A stretch of DNA of 64,000 nt from Candidatus Poribacteria bacterium (GCA_965218095.1 OZ244587.1:6272001-6336000), one strand, 5' to 3'. Positions 30,435 through 40,314 are shown, counted from the first letter of the stretch. The notes: generated by a model not told the origin, from the letters alone. Program-made: numbers and translations.

Positions 30435-31379
30435 TTATCCACGCATATACCGCCAATCTGCTGACTCTGTTTTTTCGGCGTCATCTGCCTCAGAATCGCG
30501 CTTGGCTCCATCGACCATCTTGTCCAAGTCTGCCTCTCGTGCTCGCTGGATATCATCCTGATACTTGAAAATGCAGCCGAGTGTTTCATCAACGAGGTCT
30601 GGATCTAACCCATTCTTACCCAGTGCGATGAGTGCTAACCCCCAATCCAACGTCTCTGCGACTCCCGGTTTTTTGTAGTAATCCCCACCCCTAAACATCT
30701 GCATCAGTTGGCACAATTGTTGAGCGAGCACCTCGTTGATATGTGGGAGCTTGGTTTTAACGATCAACAACTCCCTCTCAACAGAGGGATAATCGATCCA
30801 CTGATAGAGGCATCGACGTTTCAGGGCTTCGTGAATTTCCCGTGTGCGATTTGAGGTCAGCACGACATAAGGGATATGTTTCGCCTGGAGGGTCCCGATT
30901 TCTGGAATAGTGATTTGAAAATCAGATAGAATTTCGAGAAGAAACGCTTCAAATTCGCTATCACTCCGATCCACTTCGTCAATGAGAAGCACGGGAGGGG
31001 CTGCACCATCACTCTGAATGGCTTCGAGGAGTGGACGTTTTAACAGAAATGCCTCGCTGAAGAGGTCCACGCCGATCTGCTCCTTATCGACGCCCCGTGC
31101 TTCGTCGATCCGCAGTTGAAGAATTTGCTTCGTATAATTCCATTCATACAACGCGCTATTGACATCAAGTCCTTCGTAACACTGCAAACGGATGAGCTTG
31201 CCCCCTGTCGCACCCGCCAACACTTTCGCAACCTCTGTTTTCCCGACGCCGGGTTCCCCCTCCAGGAAAATTGGTTTTTTCAGGTGATGCGCTAAGTAAA
31301 TCGTCGTCGCCAGCGCCCGATCTGTAATGTAATTCTGTTCCGAAAATGCGTTCTGCACTTCTTCGATTGATTCAACCAT
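30435..31379 (-). CDS. MoxR-family AAA+ ATPase (CoxD-like)
   Basis: LEGEPGVGKT, RLQCYEGLD..ALYEWNY, LLIDEVDR, TSNRTRE..ALKRRC, KKPGVAET. Confidence 0.92.
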   Translation of the reverse strand: MVESIEEVQNAFSEQNYITDRALATTIYLAHHLKKPIFLEGEPGVGKTEVAKVLAGATGGKLIRLQCYEGLDVNSALYEWNYTKQILQLRIDEARGVDKEQIGVDLFSEAFLLKRPLLEAIQSDGAAPPVLLIDEVDRSDSEFEAFLLEILSDFQITIPEIGTLQAKHIPYVVLTSNRTREIHEALKRRCLYQWIDYPSVERELLIVKTKLPHINEVLAQQLCQLMQMFRGGDYYKKPGVAETLDWGLALIALGKNGLDPDLVDETLGCIFKYQDDIQRAREADLDKMVDGAKRDSEADDAEKTESADWRYMRG

Positions 31380-31463
31380 TTATTGTTCCTTATATATTTT
31401 TGTGATTTTAGGGCTTAGGCATCAGGAATAAGCAAACACCTGATAACCTGATGCCTACCTACT

Positions 31464-32066
31464 TTAATGTGTTGATTCCTGTAATGCCTGCTCGTAATCT
31501 TCCCGATAATCGATGTCCCTCAATACGCGATCCGTATCAACAGTTACATACTGAATGTGATCTGTATATCTTCGGAAAAGCGACCTGATACCCCTACTTT
31601 TCTCATCGAGTGCGAGGATATCGGCGACATACTGTCGATTGAAGACAACAGGATGCCCGCGCCGATAGTTATAACTCGGCACTACAATCCCGGCTGTTGT
31701 TTGGGTATATGCGTCAATGACCAGATCAATGAGATCCGACGTGATAAGCGGCAGATCTACCAGTGTCAACGCAAACGCATCAGCGGATTCTGAAATCGAC
31801 CGCACACCGCACTGCGCGGAGGTCAGCATTCCCACCTGATAATCAGGGTTGAATGCGATTTTGATCGGTTTATGCTGGATATGTGCTTTGATCTTGTCCG
31901 CTTCATGTCCAACGACAACGATCACCTCAGCGAGTTTCGATCCAAACAGGTTATCGATCACGGTTTCAATAATCGTGCTACCGCCGAAAGGAAGGAGTTG
32001 CTTAGGTTCACCCATGCGGGTAGACAGTCCCGCGGCGAGGATGATGCCTGATATTTTGGGAATCAT
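31464..32066 (-). CDS. Molybdenum cofactor cytidylyltransferase-like nucleotidyltransferase (MocA-like)
   Basis: IILAAGLSTRMG.PKQLL, NPDY..GM..S, DLP, GHPV, DID. Confidence 0.88.
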   Translation of the reverse strand: MIPKISGIILAAGLSTRMGEPKQLLPFGGSTIIETVIDNLFGSKLAEVIVVVGHEADKIKAHIQHKPIKIAFNPDYQVGMLTSAQCGVRSISESADAFALTLVDLPLITSDLIDLVIDAYTQTTAGIVVPSYNYRRGHPVVFNRQYVADILALDEKSRGIRSLFRRYTDHIQYVTVDTDRVLRDIDYREDYEQALQESTH

Positions 32067-32351
32067 TTGCGTAAAACGTGAACGTAAAACGTAATGCGTA
32101 AGCAAGTTTAAAAAAGTTTGTGCGTTATTTCTGGTCGGATTGTTAGGATATGAAATGAATATGCCCAACATAAAATTACCGATTAACTCATCAGAGCCGG
32201 CGACGATGACGATCTGTTCCTTATCAACCCCCAACTGTACTGAAAGTTGTATCCGCAGCAGGTCTGAACTTGGGTCCGGGTATCGGTGGAACTTGAGTTT
32301 GGCAATTGTTTCTGCGAGCTCTTGCCGAACCTCCTGTGTATAATCAAACAC
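32067..32351 (-). pseudogene. Internally deleted histidinol-phosphate aminotransferase-like remnant, in frame with downstream gene
   Basis: HRYPDP..LR..L....EQI...GSDELI joined directly to IFISYPNNPT. Confidence 0.6.
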
Positions 32352-32378
32352 GATGAGATTTATCTTGCCGATCGGATT

Positions 32379-32564
32379 TCAAATCCCTTGAAGATCACTT
32401 TCATATTTTCCTGATGCCCCCCTCTGCTCATGTACGGCAGGAAATCCAACACGGATGCAGTAGGAAATTTTATCGGGATACTTTTCCTTTGCTTTTTTAA
32501 GTGCTTCAAGCGTAGTATTGCCTAAAAACCATTCTCCGGTTTCAGGTTCAATCATTGCTAACAT
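32379..32564 (-). CDS. Small hypothetical protein (possibly 5'-damaged)
   Basis: AMIEPETGEWFLG..LEALKKAKEKYPDK..Y.IRVG pattern. Confidence 0.45.
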   Translation of the reverse strand: MLAMIEPETGEWFLGNTTLEALKKAKEKYPDKISYCIRVGFPAVHEQRGASGKYESDLQGI

Positions 32565-32686
32565 TCCTTTGGCCCTTTTTCACGAGTGAACTTTTGCCAG
32601 AATTTCCTTAGATGGTCTTTTGACTTTGGGTATTTTCATTTTTTATCCACTCCTTCACACCGGTATGGAGATGCTATAACTTCTCT

Positions 32687-33466
32687 TCATAGATTCCACT
32701 TTACATTATCCACAGCATTCCGAAAGATCGCCAGACCGTCCCCTTCCTCCGGCAGCTCTTCTCGCGTCCAGCGCGGGTGATTGAATCGTGAGAGGAAGCG
32801 TTCCGGATGGGGCATCATGCCGAAGATCCTGCCAGTGGGGTCGCAAATTCCCGCGATGTGGCGATCCGATCCATTCGGGTTATCGGGGTATTTTGGCACA
32901 TTGCTGTTGGTTGAAGCATAACGAAACACGACCTGTCCATTGAATTCAATCTGATCGAGTACCAATGCTGGTGCCGTGAAACGTCCCTCCGCATGGGCAA
33001 CGGGGAGGTAAACACGCGGCTTCAAACCTCGTGTAAAAACGCAGTGACTCTCTTGTGTTTGTAAGTGGATCCAACGGCACTCGAACTTTGCAGAGGTGTT
33101 CATGGCAAGGGTTGACTGCTGCTTGTTTTGCGAATTGAGACGCGGCAGCAAACCGGCTCGCACAAGCACCTGAAAGCCGTTGCAGATGCCGATAATCAGT
33201 TTGCCGTCATCAACAAACATCGTGAGCGGATCGGCGAGTTTGTGCTTCATCTCATTTGCCAGCAGAATGCCAGCGGCAACATCGTCGCCGTAGGAGAAAC
33301 CGCCGGGAATCGCCATAATCTGATAGTCCATGAGGCCAACCTTACCGGCAATCAGTTGATTGACATGAATCAATGCCGTCTCTGCCCCCGCGAGTTGAAA
33401 GGCGTGATCTGTTTCATAATCGCAGTTCGTACCTGCGGTGCGAAGGATAAGAACTTTCGGTTTCAT
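32687..33466 (-). CDS. purQ: Phosphoribosylformylglycinamidine synthase glutaminase subunit
   Basis: GTNCD, PGGFSYGD, GICNGFQ.L, AHAEG, NPNGS, MMPHPER. Confidence 0.97.
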   Translation of the reverse strand: MKPKVLILRTAGTNCDYETDHAFQLAGAETALIHVNQLIAGKVGLMDYQIMAIPGGFSYGDDVAAGILLANEMKHKLADPLTMFVDDGKLIIGICNGFQVLVRAGLLPRLNSQNKQQSTLAMNTSAKFECRWIHLQTQESHCVFTRGLKPRVYLPVAHAEGRFTAPALVLDQIEFNGQVVFRYASTNSNVPKYPDNPNGSDRHIAGICDPTGRIFGMMPHPERFLSRFNHPRWTREELPEEGDGLAIFRNAVDNVKWNL

Positions 33467-33570
33467 TTGAATTGTCTCCTATTCCGTTAAGATACACTCC
33501 ACGGTGCCCTTGTCAGCGATTACGTCGTCATCTGGCTGGCGCATGAATCCCTTCCCGATCCCCGTATCTC

Positions 33571-35985
33571 TTACCATCGAAATGTGCCTTGCCAACTCTC
33601 CTTGAGCCGATCAATCGTCGCCTGAATGATCGGCTGCCCATCCATGCCGTTGATGACGAAATCCGTGCCTTCGATTACCGTACCGATGCAACCGATTGGG
33701 ACGCCTGTCGTGGACTGCTCAAACGCTTCCTGTTTATCAGACGCGATCTCCACAACGAACCGGCTGTTGGATTCCGAGAAAAGCAGTACATCATCTGCCG
33801 TGACCGCTGAGTCACAGGGGGCATTTGGGAGCTCAAGTTGCATACCAAGTCCGCCAGCAAACGCCATTTCCGCCGCAGCCACGCCGATGCCGCCTTCGGA
33901 GCAGTCGTGGCATGAACGAACAAGATCTTGATCGATAGCATGATTCAGTGCGTTCATCGTTTGCTTCCCTTCATCGGGGCGGACAATCGGCACGCTGTTT
34001 CCGATGGAGCCATGAATCGCGTAATAGTGCGATCCGCCAAGCTCAGCATAAGTCCTACCGATGACATAGATCAGGTTCCCCGGCGATTTCGCGTCCATCG
34101 AGACCGCTTTACTCACATCGGGCATGACACAGATTGCAGAGATCAGCAGCGTTGGTGGAATCGCAAGCTGCTCGCCGGTCGTGGTGTCGCGGTATTCGTT
34201 GTAGAGGCTGTCCTTTCCAGAGATGAAGGGCGTGCCGTAGGCGACAGCAATGTCGTAGCATGCCTTCGCCGCACGCACCAATCCGCCGAGACGGTCTGGT
34301 TTGTCGGGATTCCCCCAACTGAAGTTGTCGAGCAGTGCGGTATGCTCAAGATTTCCACCCACAGCAACGACGTTTCGCAAGGCTTCGTCAATTGCCGTGG
34401 ATGCGCTGTGATACGGATCAATATCGCCATATTTTGGGTTGATGCCGTTTGCCACAATGACCCCTTTTCGAGAGCCGAGGACAGGAGTCGTGATACAAGC
34501 GTCGCCGGGGCCATCATTCTCGCGTCCGACAAGCGGCTTGAGGACAAGTCCGCCTTGAACTTCGTGGTCATACTGTCGGATGACCCACTCCTTGCTTGCG
34601 ACGTTGGGACTTGCGAGGATGCGGCAGAGATCTTCGGTTAGATTAGTAGGGTGGGCACTGCCCACCCTACGAGTGACTCTTGGATCAAACTCAGGTTCAG
34701 GATGCTGTGGTGGTTCCCAGATCGCTTGTTTCGTGATGCGTGGCAGTCCATTGTGTAGGAAATCCATATCGAGGTCAGCCGCGATTTCCCCATCGCAGAA
34801 GACGCAAAGTTTGTGGGTATCGGTGAACACCCCAAGCACGGTAGTTTCGACCGATTCCGCTTCGCAGAGCATCATCAACTCGTCCAAATTCTCAGGCGGC
34901 ACAGCAATCACCATCCGCTCTTGTGCTTCCGAGAGCCAGATCTCCCACGGTTCTAGTCCTTCGTACTTGAGTGGTATGTTTTCCAGATGCACCTCTACAC
35001 CAATTTCCTCGCCCATCTCGCCAACCGCAGAGGAGAATCCGCCGGCACCACAATCCGTGATGTTTCGATAGAGCCGGCGATCTCGGGCTTGCATCAGGAT
35101 GTCAACGATTTTCTTCTCCATAATTGGGTTGCCGATCTGCACAACGCTCCCGAGGCTTTCGGAAGTATCGTCCAACTCCAGCGAGGAGAACGTTGCCCCG
35201 TGGATGCCATCCCGCCCTGTACGCCCGCCGACAGCGACGATCAGATCGCCGGGTTTCACCCACTTATCGCACCGATTCTTTGGAATCAAGCCGACGTTGC
35301 CACAATAGACGAGTGGATTCCCCGTATAACGCGGATCGAACAGAATCGCACCGTTTGCGGTCGGGATACCCATGCGATTGCCGTAGTCGCGCACGCCTGC
35401 GACGACGCCTTTGAAGATGCGCTTCGGATGGAGTGCGCCTTTGGGAAGTTCATCATAACTGAGGTTCGGCAGGCCAAAGCAGAAAACGTTCGTATTCAGG
35501 ATGGGTTTTGCGCCAAGCCCCGTGCCGAGCGAATCTCGAATCACCCCGCCGATTCCTGTGCCTGCCCCGCCGTAAGGCTCGATTGCGGAGGGGTGGTTGT
35601 GCGTTTCGACTTTAAAGACGACGTTGTACTGCTCATCAAATTCAATGATGCCTGCGTTGTCGGAAAACACGGAGACGCACCAATCCTTGTTGATCTCCTG
35701 CGTCGCTCGTTGGATGCAGGTTTTGAACAGCCCATCAATGACTTCCGTTTCACGCCCTTTTTCAGCATACTCAATCACGCTCTTAAAGGTTTTGTGGACG
35801 CAGTGCTCTGACCACGTTTGGGCTAACGTTTCAAGCTCAACATCGGTGGGGTTTCTTTGCGATTTGGCAAAATAGGATTGGATCGCCTGCATTTCAGCAA
35901 GGTTCAGCGAGAGTAACCCCTCACGACTGATGTGCATCAGTTCAGCGTCATCAGCGTTTAAGATTGGAATCTGTTTGACGTTCAT
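33571..35985 (-). CDS. purL: Phosphoribosylformylglycinamidine synthase subunit PurL
   Basis: WSEHC.HK, KVETHNHPSAIEPYGGAGTG, GRDGIHGATFSS, DCGAGG, SEAQERM, QYDHEVQG, SGKDSL, HDCSEGG. Confidence 0.97.
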   Translation of the reverse strand: MNVKQIPILNADDAELMHISREGLLSLNLAEMQAIQSYFAKSQRNPTDVELETLAQTWSEHCVHKTFKSVIEYAEKGRETEVIDGLFKTCIQRATQEINKDWCVSVFSDNAGIIEFDEQYNVVFKVETHNHPSAIEPYGGAGTGIGGVIRDSLGTGLGAKPILNTNVFCFGLPNLSYDELPKGALHPKRIFKGVVAGVRDYGNRMGIPTANGAILFDPRYTGNPLVYCGNVGLIPKNRCDKWVKPGDLIVAVGGRTGRDGIHGATFSSLELDDTSESLGSVVQIGNPIMEKKIVDILMQARDRRLYRNITDCGAGGFSSAVGEMGEEIGVEVHLENIPLKYEGLEPWEIWLSEAQERMVIAVPPENLDELMMLCEAESVETTVLGVFTDTHKLCVFCDGEIAADLDMDFLHNGLPRITKQAIWEPPQHPEPEFDPRVTRRVGSAHPTNLTEDLCRILASPNVASKEWVIRQYDHEVQGGLVLKPLVGRENDGPGDACITTPVLGSRKGVIVANGINPKYGDIDPYHSASTAIDEALRNVVAVGGNLEHTALLDNFSWGNPDKPDRLGGLVRAAKACYDIAVAYGTPFISGKDSLYNEYRDTTTGEQLAIPPTLLISAICVMPDVSKAVSMDAKSPGNLIYVIGRTYAELGGSHYYAIHGSIGNSVPIVRPDEGKQTMNALNHAIDQDLVRSCHDCSEGGIGVAAAEMAFAGGLGMQLELPNAPCDSAVTADDVLLFSESNSRFVVEIASDKQEAFEQSTTGVPIGCIGTVIEGTDFVINGMDGQPIIQATIDRLKESWQGTFRW
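34646..34670. repeat. Perfect REP-like palindrome inside purL
   Basis: GTAGGGTGGGCA-C-TGCCCACCCTAC. Confidence 0.85.
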
Positions 35986-36028
35986 CGGATACCTCAATCG
36001 GTGGACGATTAAACAACGTGAAAAGAAT

Positions 36029-36056
36029 AAAAAAACCCCGATGGCCGGGGTAAAAA
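36029..36056 (-). terminator. Terminator-like hairpin just upstream of purL
   Basis: Minus strand ACCCCG-GCCAT-CGGGGT-TTTTTT. Confidence 0.55.
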
Positions 36057-36089
36057 CTTGACGAAAGTGATGAAGTAATTTAATACCAT

Positions 36090-37094
36090 TAGGACTTACA
36101 CAGCCGATGTACAGAACCTGTGATTTGACCGCATCCTGCATCTTGAACCCCGAATCCGATGCAAAATGCACAGGAGGTTGGGGGATAATTAGCTGATTTA
36201 TGGCGAACCCTATAAATAAGTAGACATTTTCTTATATTGCTGGTATCCTATAGTTATTATGGCCTATTCTTTAGATTTACGCAAACGCGTCTTAGATTTT
36301 ATCGTAGCTGGCGGTGGCAAGACCGAAGCGAGCCGCCGTTTTTCCGTCGCCCGCTCAACACTGTATAAGTGGTTGAATGCGCCTGACCCGCTCAAACGTC
36401 AGAAACCAGGGCCCCGTCGCCCGCGAACCCTTGACCCCGATGCGCTGAGAAAACATGTCGCTGATTTTCCAGACCAGACCTACGCCGAGCGCGCAGCTCA
36501 TTTTGGTGTGTCAAAGTCTTGTATCGGGTATGGGCTGAAAAATATCGGTTGCACCCGAAAAAAAAGTCTCGGATATAAGGAGCAATGCGCTGAAAAACGA
36601 CAAGCGTATCTTCAGCAACTCGCACAAGTGAAAGCCTCTGGTAAGTCTTTTGTTTATGTCGATGAGAGTGGGTTTCGAGACGAAAGTTATAGACGTTATG
36701 GGTATGCACCCAAAGGGGAAAAAGTCTTTGGACTTATCTCAAGCCAACGCACCCGGACAGCGACACTTATTGCGGCACGGGTGTTCAAAGGGAGCTGCAA
36801 AGCGGTAGATTTCAATGACTGGTTAGCTGAACAGTTATGTCCACGTTTGACTTCAAAACAGGTTGTAATCCTTGATAATGCGCGGCTTCACAAAACACCT
36901 CGGACCCGAGAGTTGATAGAGGCTTCAGGAGCGAGTCTGATGTTCCTACCGCCTTATTCTCCAGATTACAATCCGATTGAACACGATTTTGCCAATATCA
37001 AGCGATACCGAGAATATCACCCCGAAACCACACTTCACGATATTATTCAAATGTACCATTAATTCTAAGATCTACCATAATTGCGTAAGTCCTG
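36090..37094. mobile_element. MITE-like element with nested IS630
   Basis: IRs TAGGACTTACACA / TGCGTAAGTCCTG; 5-bp DR ACCAT (36085-36089, 37095-37099). Confidence 0.7.
36259..37062 (+). CDS. IS630-family transposase
   Basis: MAYSLDLRKRV, YVDESGF, ILDNARLH, LPPYSPDYNPIE. Confidence 0.93.
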   Translation: MAYSLDLRKRVLDFIVAGGGKTEASRRFSVARSTLYKWLNAPDPLKRQKPGPRRPRTLDPDALRKHVADFPDQTYAERAAHFGVSKSCIGYGLKNIGCTRKKSLGYKEQCAEKRQAYLQQLAQVKASGKSFVYVDESGFRDESYRRYGYAPKGEKVFGLISSQRTRTATLIAARVFKGSCKAVDFNDWLAEQLCPRLTSKQVVILDNARLHKTPRTRELIEASGASLMFLPPYSPDYNPIEHDFANIKRYREYHPETTLHDIIQMYH

Positions 37095-37139
37095 ACCATC
37101 ACAGCTTAACGGGGTTAGGGAATCAATGGATGATTTTTT

Positions 37140-37647
37140 TCAGTTGCAACGCTGATATTGAACCCCTACAATAATCTGCTTCAAGAAGGCGAACTCTCGA
37201 GTTGGAATATCACCCAAACGATCTGCATTTTTGTATTGGTCAACGGTGTCTTGCGTAGTGATGAAAACTCGGAAACGCAGATGCGGATTTGTAGCGTAGG
37301 GCTTGCCCCACAAAGGCAGCGGAGAATGAGTTGGGGCAAGCCCCAACCCATAGCTGCGACATATCATTGACAAAACGATCTGCATTTTTCTTCAATCTTT
37401 CATAATACTTAACAATCGCGGAACACAAGTCCGAAATCGTCCTTCACACATCCGCACTCGTACCATATAGGTCAATGTCATCGTAGGTTGCTATCACAAC
37501 ATCACTATGTCTCTCAATCACAATTGGAATCGTTTGGCGAAGCTGGTAAGCTGGGTGTCGAAGGTTTTGAATCCAACGAATTTCCGGGGGTTTGCTTAAT
37601 TCTGAGCGAATTGTTTCTTGAGTGGTTTGTTCTATGGCAAGCATCAC
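37140..37647 (-). pseudogene. Small HicB-like-fold hypothetical gene with nonsense codon and a repeat-flanked insertion
   Basis: ..IATYDDIDLYGTSADV*RTISDLCSAIVKYYERLKKNADR|LGDIPTREFAFLKQII after removing the insert between 17-bp repeats. Confidence 0.5.
37216..37389. repeat. 17-bp direct repeats enclosing REP-like palindromes
   Basis: AAACGATCTGCATTTTT at 37216 and 37373; inside GTAGGGCTTGCCCC and GGGGCAAGCCCC. Confidence 0.75.
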
Positions 37648-37829
37648 GTGACCTCTGGGAACTTGATGTATACGCGGCTCATCTCTTTCTTCTTTTGACG
37701 GGATCGAATCGGGATCTCACGCAGTTTATCCCGATCCCTGGATCGGAACTTGACCTGTAGTATACCTCAAAACGGATTCGAGATCAATCGAAAACTCACA
37801 GGAGTTCAACCTTTCAAAGGCTAGGTTTT

Positions 37830-39110
37830 CTACCCTTCCCGATCCAACGCCCGGTGTCCGATGTCCGTCCGAAAGTGGGATTGCTCAAAGTGGATCTCCG
37901 CAACCCCGTGATACGCCTGTTCAATCGCAGATTTAATGTCACCGGCGAGCGCGGTGACACCTAACACCCGTCCACCGTCCGTGAGGAGGTCGCCACCTTT
38001 TACCTTCGTCGCTGCATGAAAGACGGTCACGCCTTCTAGCACGCTGGCACGATCTAGCCCGGTGATTACCTTGCCCGTTTCGTAATCATCGGGATATCCG
38101 CCCGACGCCATGACCACACACGCTGCTGCATTGGGTTTCCATTTGCATTCAACCTCATCCAGTGTTCCGTCAATGCACGCTTCTAGCAAAGGCACAAGAT
38201 CACTTTCCATGCGCGTCAGCAATACCTGTGCTTCTGGGTCGCCAAGACGACAGTTGAATTCCAACACCTTGGCTCCGGACTCCGTGATCATCAAGGCAAC
38301 ATACAGCACACCTTTGAGAGGGCGACCTTCGGCCTGCATTGCTCGAATGGTCGGGTACACAACAGTATTCATCGCCCATTCGCGGAGCTCAGGCGTTATG
38401 ACCGGCGCTGGTGAATATGCTCCTATGCCACCGGTGTTTTTCCCTTGATCTCCATTCAAGGCGGGTTTGTGATCTTGCGAACTCACAAACGGGAGACAGT
38501 GGATGCCGTCTGTCAAGACGGTGAAAGAAGCTTCTTCACCAAATAACGCTTCTTCGATTACAACTTGATCTCCGGCGCCACCGAACACTCTATCCACCAT
38601 GATTTCCTGAATGGCTTTAGTTGCTGCATCGAGCGTCAAACCGGGAATTGCGCCTTTGCCTGCGGCGAGCCCATCTGCTTTAACGAAGACCGGCGTGTTG
38701 AGCTCTTTGAGATAAGCGATTGCCGCATCCGGCTCGTCGAATCTGCGATACGCAGCTGTTGGAATGCCATTTTGGATCATCAACTGCTTTGCGAAACCCT
38801 TGCTTGCTTCAAGGATCGCCGCTTTCCGATCTGGACCAAATGTTCTGAGTCCGCGCTCACGGAAGACATCAACCAAGCCGTTCGCCAGCGGGTCTTCGGG
38901 ACCAACCACGGTCAGATCAATCTTTTCGGCTTCCGCAAAGTCAGCAAGTTCCGCGAAGTTGTTTCCCAGAGAAATTGACCGGCATTCGGCGATTTGCGCG
39001 ATACCCGAATTCCCCGGCACGCAGTACACCTTTTCGACAAGCGGGCTCTGGGCGATTTTCCACACGATTGTGTGTTCCCTGCCGCCACTTCCAACGACTA
39101 AAACTTTCAT
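37830..39110 (-). CDS. purD: Phosphoribosylamine-glycine ligase
   Basis: GSGGREH, VVGPE.PL..G, KADGLAAGKG, QDHK, NTGG.GAYSP, EFNCRLGDPE, GGRVL. Confidence 0.97.
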   Translation of the reverse strand: MKVLVVGSGGREHTIVWKIAQSPLVEKVYCVPGNSGIAQIAECRSISLGNNFAELADFAEAEKIDLTVVGPEDPLANGLVDVFRERGLRTFGPDRKAAILEASKGFAKQLMIQNGIPTAAYRRFDEPDAAIAYLKELNTPVFVKADGLAAGKGAIPGLTLDAATKAIQEIMVDRVFGGAGDQVVIEEALFGEEASFTVLTDGIHCLPFVSSQDHKPALNGDQGKNTGGIGAYSPAPVITPELREWAMNTVVYPTIRAMQAEGRPLKGVLYVALMITESGAKVLEFNCRLGDPEAQVLLTRMESDLVPLLEACIDGTLDEVECKWKPNAAACVVMASGGYPDDYETGKVITGLDRASVLEGVTVFHAATKVKGGDLLTDGGRVLGVTALAGDIKSAIEQAYHGVAEIHFEQSHFRTDIGHRALDREG

Positions 39111-39135
39111 TTATTCCTCCTTTATTCCGTTAAGG

Positions 39136-39191
39136 TATTGCTTTTGCTATGATTAACCTACGCCATTTACTCGCGTGAAAAGTTTCAACCG
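39136..39191 (-). repeat. Partial copy of the MITE-like element at 51581..52531
   Basis: Reverse complement CGGTTGAAACTTTTCACGCGAGTAAATGGCGTAGGTTAATCATAGCAAAAGCAATAC matches the IS5-flanking sequence. Confidence 0.75.
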
Positions 39192-39478
39192 TTTCGGTAA
39201 AAAAACGTCTAAACTGATATTCAACCATTTTCCATCCTCTATGTCTACCATCTGCTCACAATTATTTCCCCAGTTGACGTGTGTGGGGAAAATAACGGCG
39301 AGACATAGCTTGGACGCAGGTACAAGCGACGCTGATATATCCACATTGGGCAAAAACAGCATCTAAATTGGCGGATTGAGCAACCGAGCAAATCTGGCGG
39401 CGGGCAGGAGCCTTCCATCCACCATACCAGTTTTTCCGACAACGCACGATAATTTGAAATCCGCAATCTGCGTTTGAG

Positions 39479-40276
39479 TTACCAATCGCGCACGTAGCCG
39501 GCAGTCCAGCCGCCGTCTACGACCAAGACAGCTCCGTTAATATAGCTTGCTTCCGGCGACGCCAAAAATAGCACGGCGTGCGCCATCTCTTCTGGTTCGC
39601 CCGGTCGCCCCAGCGGGATGTGCGATAGCAGGCTCGCCGCGTTTTCAGTATAGGCGCCATCTGGGCTATAGAACAGCGCTTCAGTACCGCGAGTCAGGGT
39701 AGACCCCGGCGCGACAGCGTTGACGAGAATGCCCTGCGGCCCCAATTCCAGTGCCATTGACCGGGTTAAATTGGCAACACCTGCCTTGGCAGCAACGTAG
39801 GCGCTCTGCAACCGCAAGGGCACCAGGCCGGCGATGGAACTGATATTGACGATGCGTCCCCCGTTAGCGTTGTTCAGCATCGTGGGGATAATCGCACGGC
39901 TGGTCACAAAGACCCCGGTCAAGTCAACTTGCAGGATGCTACGCCAATCTTCCAGCAAGTATTCATGGATTGGCACACGGTCACTGCGGGTATTGATGCC
40001 GGCATTGTTGACCAGTATGTCAATCCGTCCAAGGTGGACCATGACCTGCTCGGCAACATGCTCCATTTGCGCCGCGTCGGATACATCGCCCTCCAGCGAC
40101 AAGCACTGCGTACCACCTTCGACGACCTCACGTGCAGCCTGCTCGCCGGCTTCAGCGTCAATATCTACGATGACGACATGGGCGTCGTTATCGGCTAACG
40201 CCTGCACGATGGCGCGTCCAATGCCGTGTGCGCCGCCGGTGACGATGGCGACCTGCTCATTCAGGTTCACTCTCAT
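39479..40276 (-). CDS. SDR family oxidoreductase
   Basis: TGGAHGIG, NNAG, NISS, YVAAK, PLGR.G.PEE, DGG. Confidence 0.93.
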   Translation of the reverse strand: MRVNLNEQVAIVTGGAHGIGRAIVQALADNDAHVVIVDIDAEAGEQAAREVVEGGTQCLSLEGDVSDAAQMEHVAEQVMVHLGRIDILVNNAGINTRSDRVPIHEYLLEDWRSILQVDLTGVFVTSRAIIPTMLNNANGGRIVNISSIAGLVPLRLQSAYVAAKAGVANLTRSMALELGPQGILVNAVAPGSTLTRGTEALFYSPDGAYTENAASLLSHIPLGRPGEPEEMAHAVLFLASPEASYINGAVLVVDGGWTAGYVRDW

Positions 40277-40314
40277 CGGCAATCTAATCCTTCTACTGCC
40301 ATGTCCTGAAACCT

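Noticed and set aside
35986-36171. N-terminal extensions in the ORF track for purL (likewise aroK, aroA, the SDR at 40384 and YCF48)
   Set aside because: Homology begins at downstream starts; the purL extension runs through a terminator-like hairpin and a MITE.
36091-36190. Structured non-coding stretch with GGGTTCAAG, reminiscent of 6S RNA
   Set aside because: It lies within MITE inverted repeats with a 5-bp target duplication and is too short for 6S; a mobile element explains it better.
37444-37446. In-frame TGA as a third selenocysteine codon
   Set aside because: Not in a redox Cys motif, no clear hairpin, and the gene has another disruption; treated as nonsense.
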